Virus record (IMG/VR): IMGVR_UViG_3300047552_000359
Coordinates: 1-63,417 of that record
DNA: 63,417 bases
Strand: one strand, 5' to 3'
Origin: a virus
Lineage: Duplodnaviria; Caudoviricetes
This document shows positions 47,290-57,692 of this stretch, piece after piece. Below the pieces are notes generated by a model, which was given only the letters and a program-made list of their open reading frames with translations, made no database searches and was not told the DNA's origin. How positions within the stretch are numbered: position 1 is the first letter of the stretch; every line of letters starts with the position of its first letter. The position numbers were made by a program, and so were the translations under genes.

Positions 47290-48483
47290 TTATATGGGAC
47301 AAATACTATAGCATACATCTATATTTTCTGGTGTCTTGTCTTCTAGCACGTTATTAGAAACTTCGTATAATTTAGTTCCACCTTCGTATGCTACCATTAT
47401 ATAGTGTTTTCCTGTTTCTGAATCTATAATCCTACTACCTCCAGAGGAAATAGAACTTAAAGGTTTAAGTATAGTTCTAGCTCCATTAAGGAGGGATTGC
47501 TTAATATAATCAGATGCTAAATCAGCACCACTAGGTGCAACCTTAGCCGCTTCAATAATATCATTTACAAAGTTATACTCAGCCCTTGTGTCAGCATCGG
47601 GGAACATCCACTTTGATAAGCCTATCTCCTGTCCATCGCCCGGACCTATATCTATATCACCATTACCGATATAAACCGGTTCCCAATCTTCTACTATTCC
47701 GTAAGGCATATAAGAACCTGCTATATTCACAGGGTCTGTATATGGTACGGCAGGTGTTGGGTTAATCTTAATATGGCTTTCCCCTTTAATAATTATATCA
47801 CTGGCGTTATTCTCTATGCTGAACGTAGGCGTATAGTTTCTAAACCCAACATCATCCGTAAAATCTACCTTGTAGCCACCATCTAGGTTGACATTACCCC
47901 ACCCTACCGGACTACTTGACGTACCATTGGCAACTTCTACCGCTACATTATCGCTATGTGTTGCAACTACGTCATCTATGACATTGACATGTAACAGCTT
48001 CGTGTTGGTGAATGTAAGACTCTCCTGCAGTGTGCCTTGCCATTTGTTGTTAAAGGTACTTTCGTTACCCATTATTGCACCCAAGCACATTCCCGGTTCT
48101 TCTGTCCCACTAAAACCAAAATCTATCTTCCCTGTCACTGGAGGGTCTTGTGATGCATAGTCATACCCAACGGCCAAAGATGATACTACTGCCTCATCAA
48201 AATTAATCAGCGTACCTCCGCCCGATACTTCACCGTCAGCTTGCATATCCCTCTCTGATACTGTTGCGTTCTTGAGTAGATGGCTTCTGGTCGCATTGAG
48301 TCGTGTCACCTTGTTGAATGAGCCAAGAGAGCATATCACTTCATTACCACGGTGCAGAGTGAACGATATTGTGTAGTTGTGGTCAGTATTCACAGTCTGT
48401 TCCTCAAATCCTTTCCGAAGAATAAACTGAAAACAGCCACACTCTTTAGCTTTCGTGAACTCTGTAGTAGGAGTCTGTATCAT
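47290..48483 (-). CDS. Probable tail protein
   Basis: Likely start MIQT overlaps the upstream TGA; beta-rich. Confidence 0.6.
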   Translation of the reverse strand: MIQTPTTEFTKAKECGCFQFILRKGFEEQTVNTDHNYTISFTLHRGNEVICSLGSFNKVTRLNATRSHLLKNATVSERDMQADGEVSGGGTLINFDEAVVSSLAVGYDYASQDPPVTGKIDFGFSGTEEPGMCLGAIMGNESTFNNKWQGTLQESLTFTNTKLLHVNVIDDVVATHSDNVAVEVANGTSSSPVGWGNVNLDGGYKVDFTDDVGFRNYTPTFSIENNASDIIIKGESHIKINPTPAVPYTDPVNIAGSYMPYGIVEDWEPVYIGNGDIDIGPGDGQEIGLSKWMFPDADTRAEYNFVNDIIEAAKVAPSGADLASDYIKQSLLNGARTILKPLSSISSGGSRIIDSETGKHYIMVAYEGGTKLYEVSNNVLEDKTPENIDVCYSICPI

Positions 48484-48797
48484 CTTACCTGTCCGCCGCC
48501 GCAGGAACCACATCCACTGGTTACTGAGGTTGATTGAGGCTTACTTGCAATACTTGGTGGAATATTGTATTTCTCGTCCCTGAATTTTTCATGGTCCTTG
48601 TAAAGATTTATCCTCCACGCTTCTACATCCTCTATTTGTAGCTTCCTTGCTATCTCATATAACCCGAACAGAGAAAAGACATCATAGCGAGAGAGTACTT
48701 CAACGCCTGAAGCGGTCGATATTTTCACGAACTCGTCATAGTCAGAATAATCTGTCATTGAATTAAAAATATCCAGATACGTCATTAACATCTCCAT
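48480..48797 (-). CDS. Hypothetical protein ending in CGSCGG
   Basis: 105-aa ORF overlapping its neighbours. Confidence 0.6.
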   Translation of the reverse strand: MEMLMTYLDIFNSMTDYSDYDEFVKISTASGVEVLSRYDVFSLFGLYEIARKLQIEDVEAWRINLYKDHEKFRDEKYNIPPSIASKPQSTSVTSGCGSCGGGQVR

Positions 48798-50758
48798 TCG
48801 ATGTTTTTGGTTCGTTCCTTAAACGCTCCTGTAAACCAACGCCAGTCTGTCGGAGTTCTGTAGTTACAGTACCATCCATCAGCCCAGCCGACAGTTCCAG
48901 TCCAAGACATGGGCCAAAGAATAGATGCCTGTGCTACAGCATTGCAATTGTTTGCGGCACAATCTGGGTATGTTATACCTTGCCACCTTTGACCTAGATA
49001 CCGTTTTCCTGAACCAGTACCTGTCACCCACGGTCCATCTGGCAAACTACTATATGTTACGCCACCAAACACCCACGCATTAGCGGTTTGACTACCTTCT
49101 GATGTGTATCCGCTATTACAATCAATTGTTATTGTTTCACCAGCAAGCTCTACCCATGCACCATTAAAGTAAGCCCTCTGCGTTGTCTCATTGTTGCAAA
49201 TGTCTGTGACCTTCACATTCACATAAGCGGCGGATACTCCAGAAGTTCCACACGAAATACCAGTTATTTTTATCTGTGTATCTGACAGCTGTGTATACGT
49301 CATGTTTGGTGTATTAAACGTATAAGGAGCGTAACCACCTGAAGCTGTTATTATAGAATTAACAACTACTGGGTTAGGTATGCTTACAGATACTGTTGCT
49401 GGTAATCGTTGCCCAGAATATCCAGTTTGCCCACATCCGCAATCAATAGCAACTTGCCCCCATTCACAAGGTACACTTGTAATTTCATAGACTCCCTTAG
49501 AAATCTCTGTCATACCTAACATAGGTACTTCACCAGCAGATTCCCAAGACATATTATCACCGCAGAACGTACAAGTAATAATATCACCTACCTCAATATT
49601 GTCTGGAAAATTGCATTGTGGTCCACTACGTTCTCCCTCTGAAACCAATATAGAAGTTGGTTTACTGTAAGTATCTGTCTGATATTTATGAGAAAGTGAT
49701 ACATTAATATCAATCGTTAAGTCAACTATTTCATCGTTTCTATTATAAGCTTTTCCCACCTTCAATATTGTACCACTTCCAGATATACCTAACTCTCTAC
49801 CTGTAGTAGTGTGACCTATATAAGCTTCTCTAGCATCCCAAGCAGCCTTACATGGAGCATCAAGCTCTGCGTATCTTGCTGGCAGCGTGCCCATCTCATA
49901 AAAACCATTACAATCACTAGGTATAACCGGTAGAGGTTCAGCTTCTTTATCAAGGCTTGTGTTGGTGGTTACTATGATGTTGAGTGTATTTTCTGTAGGA
50001 TTACTGCTAGAAAAAGAGCCAATAGACCATGAGTAATCTAATCCATCATAATAAGATACCCCATGAGAACCATCTGATTTAAAACTCCAAATATTATTAA
50101 ACCTACCTACTTTAAGTGTAGTACCTATCTCTCCATCTATATACTCGACTAAAATAAAATTAGTACCATCAAATGCCCTACATATTACTATAAGCCTCTC
50201 TTCATTATAGCAGGCACCTAATACAAATACGCCCTCAGGTGCAGTCCATATTACATCACCATTTTCATATACCTCACTCCCAAATGCAGTGTAATAAAAA
50301 GAAAGACCATCATTATTTTGAAGGTCTTGACTTAAACTATCACCAAAGTCGCCCTCATCTTTTGGGGCTTCTATATTGAAGCCCGGAGAGCCTCTCCAAG
50401 ATAGTACAGTACCCTTACCATGCCAATATACATTACCTGTATTAAATAAATCACCTTCTGGTAGAGTCTCATAAGTTAAATCTTCACTTACTAAACCCCT
50501 TCGAGTATTATCTAATGGATATGGATTGTCTTTGTGAAATTCTGTTGGGTGTGTTGCAAAGATATAATCCTCTGCGTAGATGTATACTTTATTTTGATTA
50601 GGGGTACATATACATTTAAATAGGATACCATTAAGTACCCTACTCTCATAGTGATGCTCCTTATTTAGATTTTTTCTATTCTGCATAGCTTTAGCTAAAA
50701 TATTACGAGCTTCAGCTAAATACTTCTCAGCATTAGTAGATAATGGGTATATTTGCAT
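48785..50758 (-). CDS. Probable tail / receptor-binding protein
   Basis: 657 aa; ASGGYAPYTF Ig-like segment; Cys-rich C-terminal half. Confidence 0.6.
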   Translation of the reverse strand: MQIYPLSTNAEKYLAEARNILAKAMQNRKNLNKEHHYESRVLNGILFKCICTPNQNKVYIYAEDYIFATHPTEFHKDNPYPLDNTRRGLVSEDLTYETLPEGDLFNTGNVYWHGKGTVLSWRGSPGFNIEAPKDEGDFGDSLSQDLQNNDGLSFYYTAFGSEVYENGDVIWTAPEGVFVLGACYNEERLIVICRAFDGTNFILVEYIDGEIGTTLKVGRFNNIWSFKSDGSHGVSYYDGLDYSWSIGSFSSSNPTENTLNIIVTTNTSLDKEAEPLPVIPSDCNGFYEMGTLPARYAELDAPCKAAWDAREAYIGHTTTGRELGISGSGTILKVGKAYNRNDEIVDLTIDINVSLSHKYQTDTYSKPTSILVSEGERSGPQCNFPDNIEVGDIITCTFCGDNMSWESAGEVPMLGMTEISKGVYEITSVPCEWGQVAIDCGCGQTGYSGQRLPATVSVSIPNPVVVNSIITASGGYAPYTFNTPNMTYTQLSDTQIKITGISCGTSGVSAAYVNVKVTDICNNETTQRAYFNGAWVELAGETITIDCNSGYTSEGSQTANAWVFGGVTYSSLPDGPWVTGTGSGKRYLGQRWQGITYPDCAANNCNAVAQASILWPMSWTGTVGWADGWYCNYRTPTDWRWFTGAFKERTKNIEWRC

Positions 50759-50759
50759 A

Positions 50760-51704
50760 TTAGTAAATCCTTTGTAATGTTCTTAAAAACACCTCAAAAG
50801 AGTTAATACTAAAATCAGACCCATCTACATTTTTAATCTTAAATTGCCAAGCAGAACCCTTCATCCCCTTAGGTATTTTTACCCTACGGCGATGTGCTCC
50901 AGAACGGTCATCATATCTTATGTAATAATCGCTCCTAGATTCCTGCTCATCAACTATAAATTGTATTTCCATATCACCATCTGTCCTATAGAATAAAATA
51001 GCATCTGAGCAAGATTTGAGCGTTTGTTCACCAAAACCTGACACTGGCAATGCTATCTCTGACTCTATAGCAGAATCAGATGCTCCTAAGTAATCATCTC
51101 GTTCATATCCAAACTCACAAATGTTACCATTAGCATCTAAGCCATAATTTTTATTCCCTACCTTAAAATATGAATCAAAGTTATAATTTGTGTACCTAGA
51201 GTGGGCTGAAGTTATTGTATTAAATGCCCAAGTTTGCTTAGTAGCTGTATAAACCAAAGACCCTAGTGCACTTATAGTAGGTCTTTTTATATTTAAATGT
51301 AATGTGTAATCATTTAATACACCCATATGAGCAGATACTATGGGCTTATTTAAGCTATATTCTAAATTAAATGCATTAGGTATATTTGCTACAATAGATA
51401 AAATAGGTTTTTTACTATTTATATTAGCATTATATGTGTTATTTTGAGTATACGCTGCACTTATATCTACTCTTGTTGGTATATTTATGCTATAGCCAAC
51501 ACTTAAATTAGCAGTTAAACTAATAGGGGTTGTGATACTTAATGCGATATTAAAGCTATTTAGAGTTAAATTTATATTAGGTTTAGATACTAATGTAGAT
51601 GTAGTGCCTAATTGTATAGTAGTTACAGGTTGTATCGCAGTAACATAGCTATTTAAATTAAGTACTATAGTAGGTTTTGCAGTAGTGTTTGTAATGTATG
51701 CCAT
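50760..51704 (-). CDS. Probable tail protein
   Basis: Beta-rich; C-terminal GKG...WQF-type motif. Confidence 0.55.
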   Translation of the reverse strand: MAYITNTTAKPTIVLNLNSYVTAIQPVTTIQLGTTSTLVSKPNINLTLNSFNIALSITTPISLTANLSVGYSINIPTRVDISAAYTQNNTYNANINSKKPILSIVANIPNAFNLEYSLNKPIVSAHMGVLNDYTLHLNIKRPTISALGSLVYTATKQTWAFNTITSAHSRYTNYNFDSYFKVGNKNYGLDANGNICEFGYERDDYLGASDSAIESEIALPVSGFGEQTLKSCSDAILFYRTDGDMEIQFIVDEQESRSDYYIRYDDRSGAHRRRVKIPKGMKGSAWQFKIKNVDGSDFSINSFEVFLRTLQRIY

Positions 51705-51730
51705 AATAATCCTATATATTACTTGAAATA

Positions 51731-51760
51731 CCTAGTTGGAGGCGTTAACCCCCAACTAGG
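51731..51760 (-). terminator. Hairpin / probable terminator
   Basis: CCTAGTTGG...CCAACTAGG inverted repeat just after the 51776 gene. Confidence 0.55.
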
Positions 51761-51775
51761 ATAGCATACATTAAT

Positions 51776-52675
51776 TTAAAGGGTAGGTACTGTTAGTGAG
51801 AATGATGTAAGGGTCTGGTCTACTCCAGAAGTGATAGAGGTAGAGGAGACGAGCATATCAGCACCAGAAGTTCCTACAGTACCATCTATACGCATAACAA
51901 GATAAGCAGCATCACCAGTAGTAGCAAGGTTAATAAGTCCCGTATCAAACTGAGGTGTGCAGAGGATGCGGAACCAACCTGCTGTACCAGTAGCAGACGC
52001 AGTACCTTGCCACGTACCTGAAGCAGTAATTAGACCGGCTACAGCAGGACAAGACATTACAAGCCCATTAGCCATAGCTACGCCAACTACAGAGCCAGTA
52101 AGGGTAGCATCAGCAAAGTAAGTAGCGTTAGTACCTGCTGAAGCACTTGCTGTACCATTATTAAACTTAAGGGTTGTAGTAGAACCAGTACCACTAACAG
52201 GTACTAGGGTAGCCCCATTATAGAAGGTGCCTGAGTTTTTAGGAGCAAGGATATAAAATATACCTGCACCGGATGCATAAGCAGTACCAGAGCCAATAGT
52301 ACCACCAAGTGTGGCATAGTAGTCTGGGTTAGTTGCGTTTGCATTAATAGCTGCGACTATCAGTGACGCATTAGTGCTAGCATTTGTACCAGTAGTAACA
52401 GTGGTATTAAGCAACTCTACCCCACCTACTTTAATGCTAGATACATTGCCTGCATCTGCAGACACCTCTACTTTACATGCAGCCCGTACTTCAGAGGTTA
52501 GTGCCCCCTTACTTAACGTAAATCTGCACAATTCTGTACCTGCAGTAGCAGCCAACTCCGCAGTTGTAGGCTGAGTACCAGAGTACACTACACAAGTACC
52601 ACCTCGAATAATTTCTCCCCAACCCAATCCATGTGCAACACTATTTGCTACTGCTTGTGATAATCTAATAGACAT
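51776..52675 (-). CDS. Virion structural protein
   Basis: YSGTQP...GTAGWFR...RIDGTVGTSGAD; Thr/Ala/Gly-rich. Confidence 0.7.
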   Translation of the reverse strand: MSIRLSQAVANSVAHGLGWGEIIRGGTCVVYSGTQPTTAELAATAGTELCRFTLSKGALTSEVRAACKVEVSADAGNVSSIKVGGVELLNTTVTTGTNASTNASLIVAAINANATNPDYYATLGGTIGSGTAYASGAGIFYILAPKNSGTFYNGATLVPVSGTGSTTTLKFNNGTASASAGTNATYFADATLTGSVVGVAMANGLVMSCPAVAGLITASGTWQGTASATGTAGWFRILCTPQFDTGLINLATTGDAAYLVMRIDGTVGTSGADMLVSSTSITSGVDQTLTSFSLTVPTL

Positions 52676-52685
52676 AAGTTTCTCC

Positions 52686-53690
52686 TTATCTTTCGTTAAC
52701 TTCTACTGGAATACCTGAGTTATATAGGTTATATTCATATTGACTATCTACATCAAAGGTCACTACATAAACACTAGTGCCTCTCTCGTATTTAATAGTT
52801 GCTGTTCCCGTGGTACCTGTATCAAAAGATACCTCATTGAAGGAATGGTTTAAGTACTTGCCTCCATTACCGCCAGAACATATACCTTGGGAGGTTAAGA
52901 AGATTACAACATTATTTACGTTCTGGCTGTCTGGTAAATACTCTGCATTTGTTTTACAAGCAGTGCCATAAACTACACCTGCTTTCGCTGCTATGATTTG
53001 TTCAAATCCAGACTCTCTTACATCATCCCCACGTAGGAAATATACATACTTCTCCGTACCTACCCAAAGACCATCTTCAACACGCTTACACATAGTAATA
53101 TTATGTTGAAATGTAGCTACTTCTGTAAACCTGATATCCACTCGCTCAACATCAAATGTATCTGTACAATATAACGTATTATATTTACTAAAATATAATC
53201 TACCATTATAAAATTCTAGGCACCTACCTCCAGTAGTAGTTCGTTTAAACTCAGGAGAATATGTACTTATCTGAGTGTAATTACCACCTATAATACCAAA
53301 ATCTACTCCATTAGAGAAAGCAACTACATCATTTACTTGACAGAATTCCATTCTATTTGTAGATGTTAGCCCTGTATATACTATATACGGGGCAGATGTA
53401 CCATCATACTCATAAACATTAGTTCCTGATACCATATATGCTAGGGTTTTATTATCATTACTCCAACCTGAGTGATAATCACCAGAATACACGGTAGCAT
53501 ACCCTGTTCTTCTAGCTACTGACTTAGTATTATCAAATACTACATTTATACCATCTACTACATCCCCTTCATCTATATTTAAATTTAGGGGGTCTATAAT
53601 ATTATTAATGCCATTAAATACATACTGGCATCCGGTTAATTTACCTTGCCAATCTCTCTGGACACCTGATTTATTAGATTGCTTATCCAT
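52686..53690 (-). CDS. Probable tail nozzle/tubular protein (beta-propeller-like)
   Basis: FNGINN...RRTG N-terminus; follows the adaptor gene. Confidence 0.55.
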   Translation of the reverse strand: MDKQSNKSGVQRDWQGKLTGCQYVFNGINNIIDPLNLNIDEGDVVDGINVVFDNTKSVARRTGYATVYSGDYHSGWSNDNKTLAYMVSGTNVYEYDGTSAPYIVYTGLTSTNRMEFCQVNDVVAFSNGVDFGIIGGNYTQISTYSPEFKRTTTGGRCLEFYNGRLYFSKYNTLYCTDTFDVERVDIRFTEVATFQHNITMCKRVEDGLWVGTEKYVYFLRGDDVRESGFEQIIAAKAGVVYGTACKTNAEYLPDSQNVNNVVIFLTSQGICSGGNGGKYLNHSFNEVSFDTGTTGTATIKYERGTSVYVVTFDVDSQYEYNLYNSGIPVEVNER

Positions 53691-54463
53691 TATCGAAACG
53701 CATCCATACTATGATTGGGTTTAAGCCTCTGGTCTAGTACAGTTTCCTGTTGTTTAATCTCATCTACATCAGCCTTATATCTCATCTCAAAATCAAGAGC
53801 TTTAACAGCATCAAAAGTCTGAGAGTCTTGTTTAGAATACATTTGAGCTAAAATACCATTAAGCATGAAGTCATGGTAATGAACTCTTATCTCAGGAACA
53901 TCAGAATCTGCCACTAAATCTACTAGAGGCATCCTACGTACTATCAATCTAAGTACGTCAGAGTCTTGTGCTCTAAAGTTAATTGCTAGTTTATTATTTG
54001 AGTAGTCTGTACAATGCTCTGTAGGCATACCTAAAGTCTGCTCCCAATATGGGTTAATCTGCCATTTATTGACAGATACTTTAGGTAGTCTCCATTGCTT
54101 TGTAGTCCACTTAACTTCATCTATGTCTATTACAAAGGGAGATAAGTCAAATACATAGGGAGCAACTAGTTTCTGATACAACCAAGAGTTAGTATCATTA
54201 TAGTATGCTAAATCCTGTGCTGCCCATACATCAGTTGCTGCAGCAGCAGTTAGTGCTGCTAAGTCTGCGTAAGGGGCTACAGTGATACGAGTAAGCGTAC
54301 TAGGGACAGAGTCCCTAATACACTTAGTCTCCCTAGCTATAAAGCGGTAAACACGGTTTATGTAGCGATTCATTTCTGCAGTAGTCCATAGTCGGTCTAT
54401 GTCAGAAGTGCCTACTTCCCGTGCTATATCCCAAGCTTCATTCCTAAGCTGCTGTAGATTCAT
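53690..54463 (-). CDS. Head-tail adaptor protein
   Basis: LWTTAEMNRYIN, PEI...H...YSKQD pattern. Confidence 0.65.
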   Translation of the reverse strand: MNLQQLRNEAWDIAREVGTSDIDRLWTTAEMNRYINRVYRFIARETKCIRDSVPSTLTRITVAPYADLAALTAAAATDVWAAQDLAYYNDTNSWLYQKLVAPYVFDLSPFVIDIDEVKWTTKQWRLPKVSVNKWQINPYWEQTLGMPTEHCTDYSNNKLAINFRAQDSDVLRLIVRRMPLVDLVADSDVPEIRVHYHDFMLNGILAQMYSKQDSQTFDAVKALDFEMRYKADVDEIKQQETVLDQRLKPNHSMDAFR

Positions 54464-54833
54464 CTATTACCTCATCAGAACCCATAGCCTCTTGAAGCAT
54501 TTTAGCGGATACTTTAAAACCCACTATAGCTTCAATATCTGCGAGTTTAGGTTGACTTTTCCCTTTATACATTACGAACAAATTAGGGGGCAAGATGGCG
54601 ATTGCATTTCGAATAGACTGCATCTTATGTTCATCACCCATAGCCAAGTTATTATCTTTAGTATATACTGCGGTTATTGCTTCCTGTTCTGCTTTCTTAT
54701 CAACCAAGCCATAACTAGCAAGTAGTTCTTCTTCAGTCTCAAAAAGCTGATATTCTGATGGATTTCTATCATAAGCATCTACATCATAAGGGCCATTCAA
54801 TTGTGTTCCAAGTCTACGCATAAATAAGGGCAT
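54444..54833 (-). CDS. Hypothetical protein
   Basis: AAGGAG RBS, 129 aa. Confidence 0.65.
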   Translation of the reverse strand: MPLFMRRLGTQLNGPYDVDAYDRNPSEYQLFETEEELLASYGLVDKKAEQEAITAVYTKDNNLAMGDEHKMQSIRNAIAILPPNLFVMYKGKSQPKLADIEAIVGFKVSAKMLQEAMGSDEVIDESTAA

Positions 54834-54914
54834 TAGTCATGTCTCCTTTAGAGTTTTAAAAATCAGGGAGGGGCTTACACCCCGCTACGCAGAGATGCCC
54901 TCCCTTAATACAAC

Positions 54915-55391
54915 TTAGTTGGTATAGGTAGTGAACGGAGCAGAAGCGGAACCAAGAGCAGCACACACCATAGATACGGTGATTGTTCCGGCAACGCAAG
55001 TACCTGCGCCAAAGGTTACAGAGAGTACGGAATCAGATGCACCAGTAGTTGCTACGTCCTGACTAGCTACAGCAAGTTCACAAGGAACCAAGGTAGTAGT
55101 AAGGGCAGCAGTAGTGGCAAAAGCACCAGACCCACCTGCAGCATTAGAGGCATGATTAAATGCCAGAGTGGTGCTATTCGTCTGAGCAACAGACGACTTA
55201 GCAGCAATACTAAGAATCTGAGTTTCTGCCGGAATAGTGACAAGGGCAACAGAATCAGTGTCGCCAAACCCAGTAGCAGACCCTAGTACAGGGAAAGTAA
55301 AAGTACGTACATAGACAGAACCGGGTTCGTAAACATCCCCAGTAACGCTACCACGCTTTTCGGTGCATACAACAGTAGCTTCAACGGCCAT
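54915..55391 (-). CDS. Probable capsid decoration / minor capsid protein
   Basis: Ala/Thr/Val-rich, directly after the MCP. Confidence 0.6.
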   Translation of the reverse strand: MAVEATVVCTEKRGSVTGDVYEPGSVYVRTFTFPVLGSATGFGDTDSVALVTIPAETQILSIAAKSSVAQTNSTTLAFNHASNAAGGSGAFATTAALTTTLVPCELAVASQDVATTGASDSVLSVTFGAGTCVAGTITVSMVCAALGSASAPFTTYTN

Positions 55392-55416
55392 AGTGTTTCT
55401 CCTTTATAAGGTGTTA

Positions 55417-55436
55417 GGGTGGGTAAGAACCCACCC
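55417..55436 (-). terminator. Hairpin downstream of the MCP
   Basis: GGGTGGGT-AAGA-ACCCACCC inverted repeat; weak U-tract. Confidence 0.5.
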
Positions 55437-55447
55437 CTTTAGTTGAA

Positions 55448-56413
55448 TTACGCCTGTACCTGCTGATAATCCACGCCAATCATGTTAGCTTTGATACAGG
55501 AGAGGCCATAAACCTGCAGGCCCTGCATCATTTTACCAAATGCAAACGGGTTCTCAATGATACGAGATTCCGTAATCTGGGTAGCAAACGTAGTGGCGTA
55601 TTTATGGCCAAAGAGGATACCTGCCTGATTAGCAGCTTTACGGTCAAGGTTATTGGAAGAGAAAATTTTAAAGCGGTCAATCATACCCACTTTACCATTA
55701 CGGAGCGGGGATACCGAATCACCAGTAAGGTAAGCAAGTTTGAGGTCAGACTGCTTGAGAATCTGGATAGCTGCCGGAGGAAGAACAACGAAACGGTCTT
55801 CATCAGGAACAGCGTTCTCATCAAGGATACGTGCATAAAGCAGAATCCTATCCAAGAGGTTAGTAGCGTAAGTAGCAGTAGTTGCACTATAGATGTCCGT
55901 GCCCGGAGTAGCATAAGTACCAAAGGATGCAGTAGAACCAAGCAGAGAGGTATAAGAACCACCCATAACAAGGGACGCACCGTTAATAGTACCACGAGCT
56001 ACCTGACGCAGAAGGTTACGGTCAATAACCTGCTTCATCTGATTAGTGGCATCTTCTGCCCAAGCAGACATCAGCTTAATGTCGCTCTGGAACTCATCAA
56101 CACGGTCAAGAGCAAAGGAGAAGCCTTCCCCTTGGTCAATCTTGAGAGTAACGAAAGCAGATTCAGGATTCTGTACAGGAAGTACCATACCTTTCCTGTA
56201 AGAGAAGGTTTCAATCGTAGGACGAGTACGGATGTTAACCGTATCACCACTAGATTTAATATCGCCCTCATACATCGTATTAGAAATTTCACTCCATACA
56301 GTAGCAGGGTAAAACTTCTTTACTAGAAGGGCAGAGTAAATAGCAGGGATATAGGCATTAGTACTAGTAGAGCTATAATCAGGGGCTCCGGGGGCTACAG
56401 GATAAACGGCCAT
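55448..56413 (-). CDS. Major capsid protein
   Basis: IPAIYS, YEGDIKSSGDTVNI, LDENAVPDEDR, GMIDRFKIFSSNNL, GLQVYG; biased codon usage. Confidence 0.88.
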   Translation of the reverse strand: MAVYPVAPGAPDYSSTSTNAYIPAIYSALLVKKFYPATVWSEISNTMYEGDIKSSGDTVNIRTRPTIETFSYRKGMVLPVQNPESAFVTLKIDQGEGFSFALDRVDEFQSDIKLMSAWAEDATNQMKQVIDRNLLRQVARGTINGASLVMGGSYTSLLGSTASFGTYATPGTDIYSATTATYATNLLDRILLYARILDENAVPDEDRFVVLPPAAIQILKQSDLKLAYLTGDSVSPLRNGKVGMIDRFKIFSSNNLDRKAANQAGILFGHKYATTFATQITESRIIENPFAFGKMMQGLQVYGLSCIKANMIGVDYQQVQA

Positions 56414-56435
56414 AAGTTATTCCTCCATTAAAGAA

Positions 56436-57359
56436 TTATGCTCGGAATCTTCCATCTTTAGTAGAGGCTAAGATATCTGCCCATATAGCTTGACTTTCTT
56501 CTTCCGAATACATACCTAACCTATCATTAGTTTCAAACTCTTTCATAAGTTCAGTATTCCACATCTTCTTTTCAGAAGAATTAGGTGCACTCGGTGTTTT
56601 TGTCCTAGATGGTGCTATCATAGCCTCTTGCTCTTTTGCAAGACCGGGCTTGGTTGTTTTAGAATCGTTGTATATCTTAAAGATATTTGCCATACCATCA
56701 GCATCCCACTTAGCGTTAAATGCTGTAAGGTATTCACCATATGTGCTCAACCCCATAGGGTCTTTTTGTTCAAGGAACTTTACGAAACCCTTGTCTTTAC
56801 CACTCCAAAGTGTTTCCCAATTTTCCACTTTCTCAGTCAAGTACGACTTAAAACTTTCAGTGGCTGCCTGCTGCTGTGCATCCTCTACGAGGGTGACTTT
56901 TTCTTCAACAGGTGCCATCTGCTCTTGAACGACGGAATTTATGACTTTACGCATCTGTGCTAGAAAATCACTGCCATAAGTGCGTTCAAAATCAGATTCA
57001 TTTTCTTCAGGTGCTTCCTCTTTAGGCTTAGTAGGGGATGTTATTTTTTCAGTGAGTTCTTTGACCTGAGATGCTAATCTAGGTACTTCGGCATCATATT
57101 TACCCTTAAGCGTAAGGTAGCGGTCACGCCATTTCTTAAGCTCCTTAGGGTCTATTTCAGGTTCATCGTCCTCTTCCTCTTCTTCAACATCCTCATCGAC
57201 ATCAGAGGTTTCTTCAGATTCTTCATCTTCAGTAGGTGTCTCTGTGTCTTCTGCTTCGCCTTCGGGATACATCTTCTTAAAGAGTTCCTCTGCAAGTTCT
57301 GCTGCTTCCCCAATCTGGGGTGGCATGTCATACTCTTCTTCGAATTTCTTTCCACTCAT
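56436..57359 (-). CDS. Capsid scaffolding protein
   Basis: Acidic N-terminus, YLTLKGKYDAEVPRL coiled-coil, directly before the MCP. Confidence 0.75.
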   Translation of the reverse strand: MSGKKFEEEYDMPPQIGEAAELAEELFKKMYPEGEAEDTETPTEDEESEETSDVDEDVEEEEEDDEPEIDPKELKKWRDRYLTLKGKYDAEVPRLASQVKELTEKITSPTKPKEEAPEENESDFERTYGSDFLAQMRKVINSVVQEQMAPVEEKVTLVEDAQQQAATESFKSYLTEKVENWETLWSGKDKGFVKFLEQKDPMGLSTYGEYLTAFNAKWDADGMANIFKIYNDSKTTKPGLAKEQEAMIAPSRTKTPSAPNSSEKKMWNTELMKEFETNDRLGMYSEEESQAIWADILASTKDGRFRA

Positions 57360-57446
57360 TTGTTGCTCCTTCTGGGGCCGACTTAACGGTACTCCCTATT
57401 TGAGATACATATACCGCCCATTAAAGGGTAAGGTTATGTTACATTC

Positions 57447-57692
57447 TCATAGACTCCAAAGTGAGGGGTCTTCTTTCGTTGCTTCCTTACATTTAGTATC
57501 GGCACTTAAGATGAAATCTTTAATCTCATCTATTGCCTGTGCTCTCCCAACATATATTTCACGCAGGGTTGGGTCACAATATTTTATATTTATGTAGTTA
57601 CCTTTAGACAACTCATCTAAATAATTTAATAAGTCTGAACCATCGTCAGAGTATCTTATTCTAGCTATAGCTTTTAAGGATACAATATCCAC
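57447..57692 (-). CDS. Small protein between portal and scaffold
   Basis: GRAQAI motif, 81 aa. Confidence 0.65.
   Translation of the reverse strand: MDIVSLKAIARIRYSDDGSDLLNYLDELSKGNYINIKYCDPTLREIYVGRAQAIDEIKDFILSADTKCKEATKEDPSLWSL

Noticed and set aside
54865-54905. Riboswitch after the capsid decoration gene
   Set aside because: The AGGGAGGG/CCCTCCCT stem with a T-run on the - strand fits a terminator-like hairpin; no recognisable aptamer consensus.
55604-56326. 240-aa + strand ORF
   Set aside because: Antisense shadow of the codon-biased major capsid gene.
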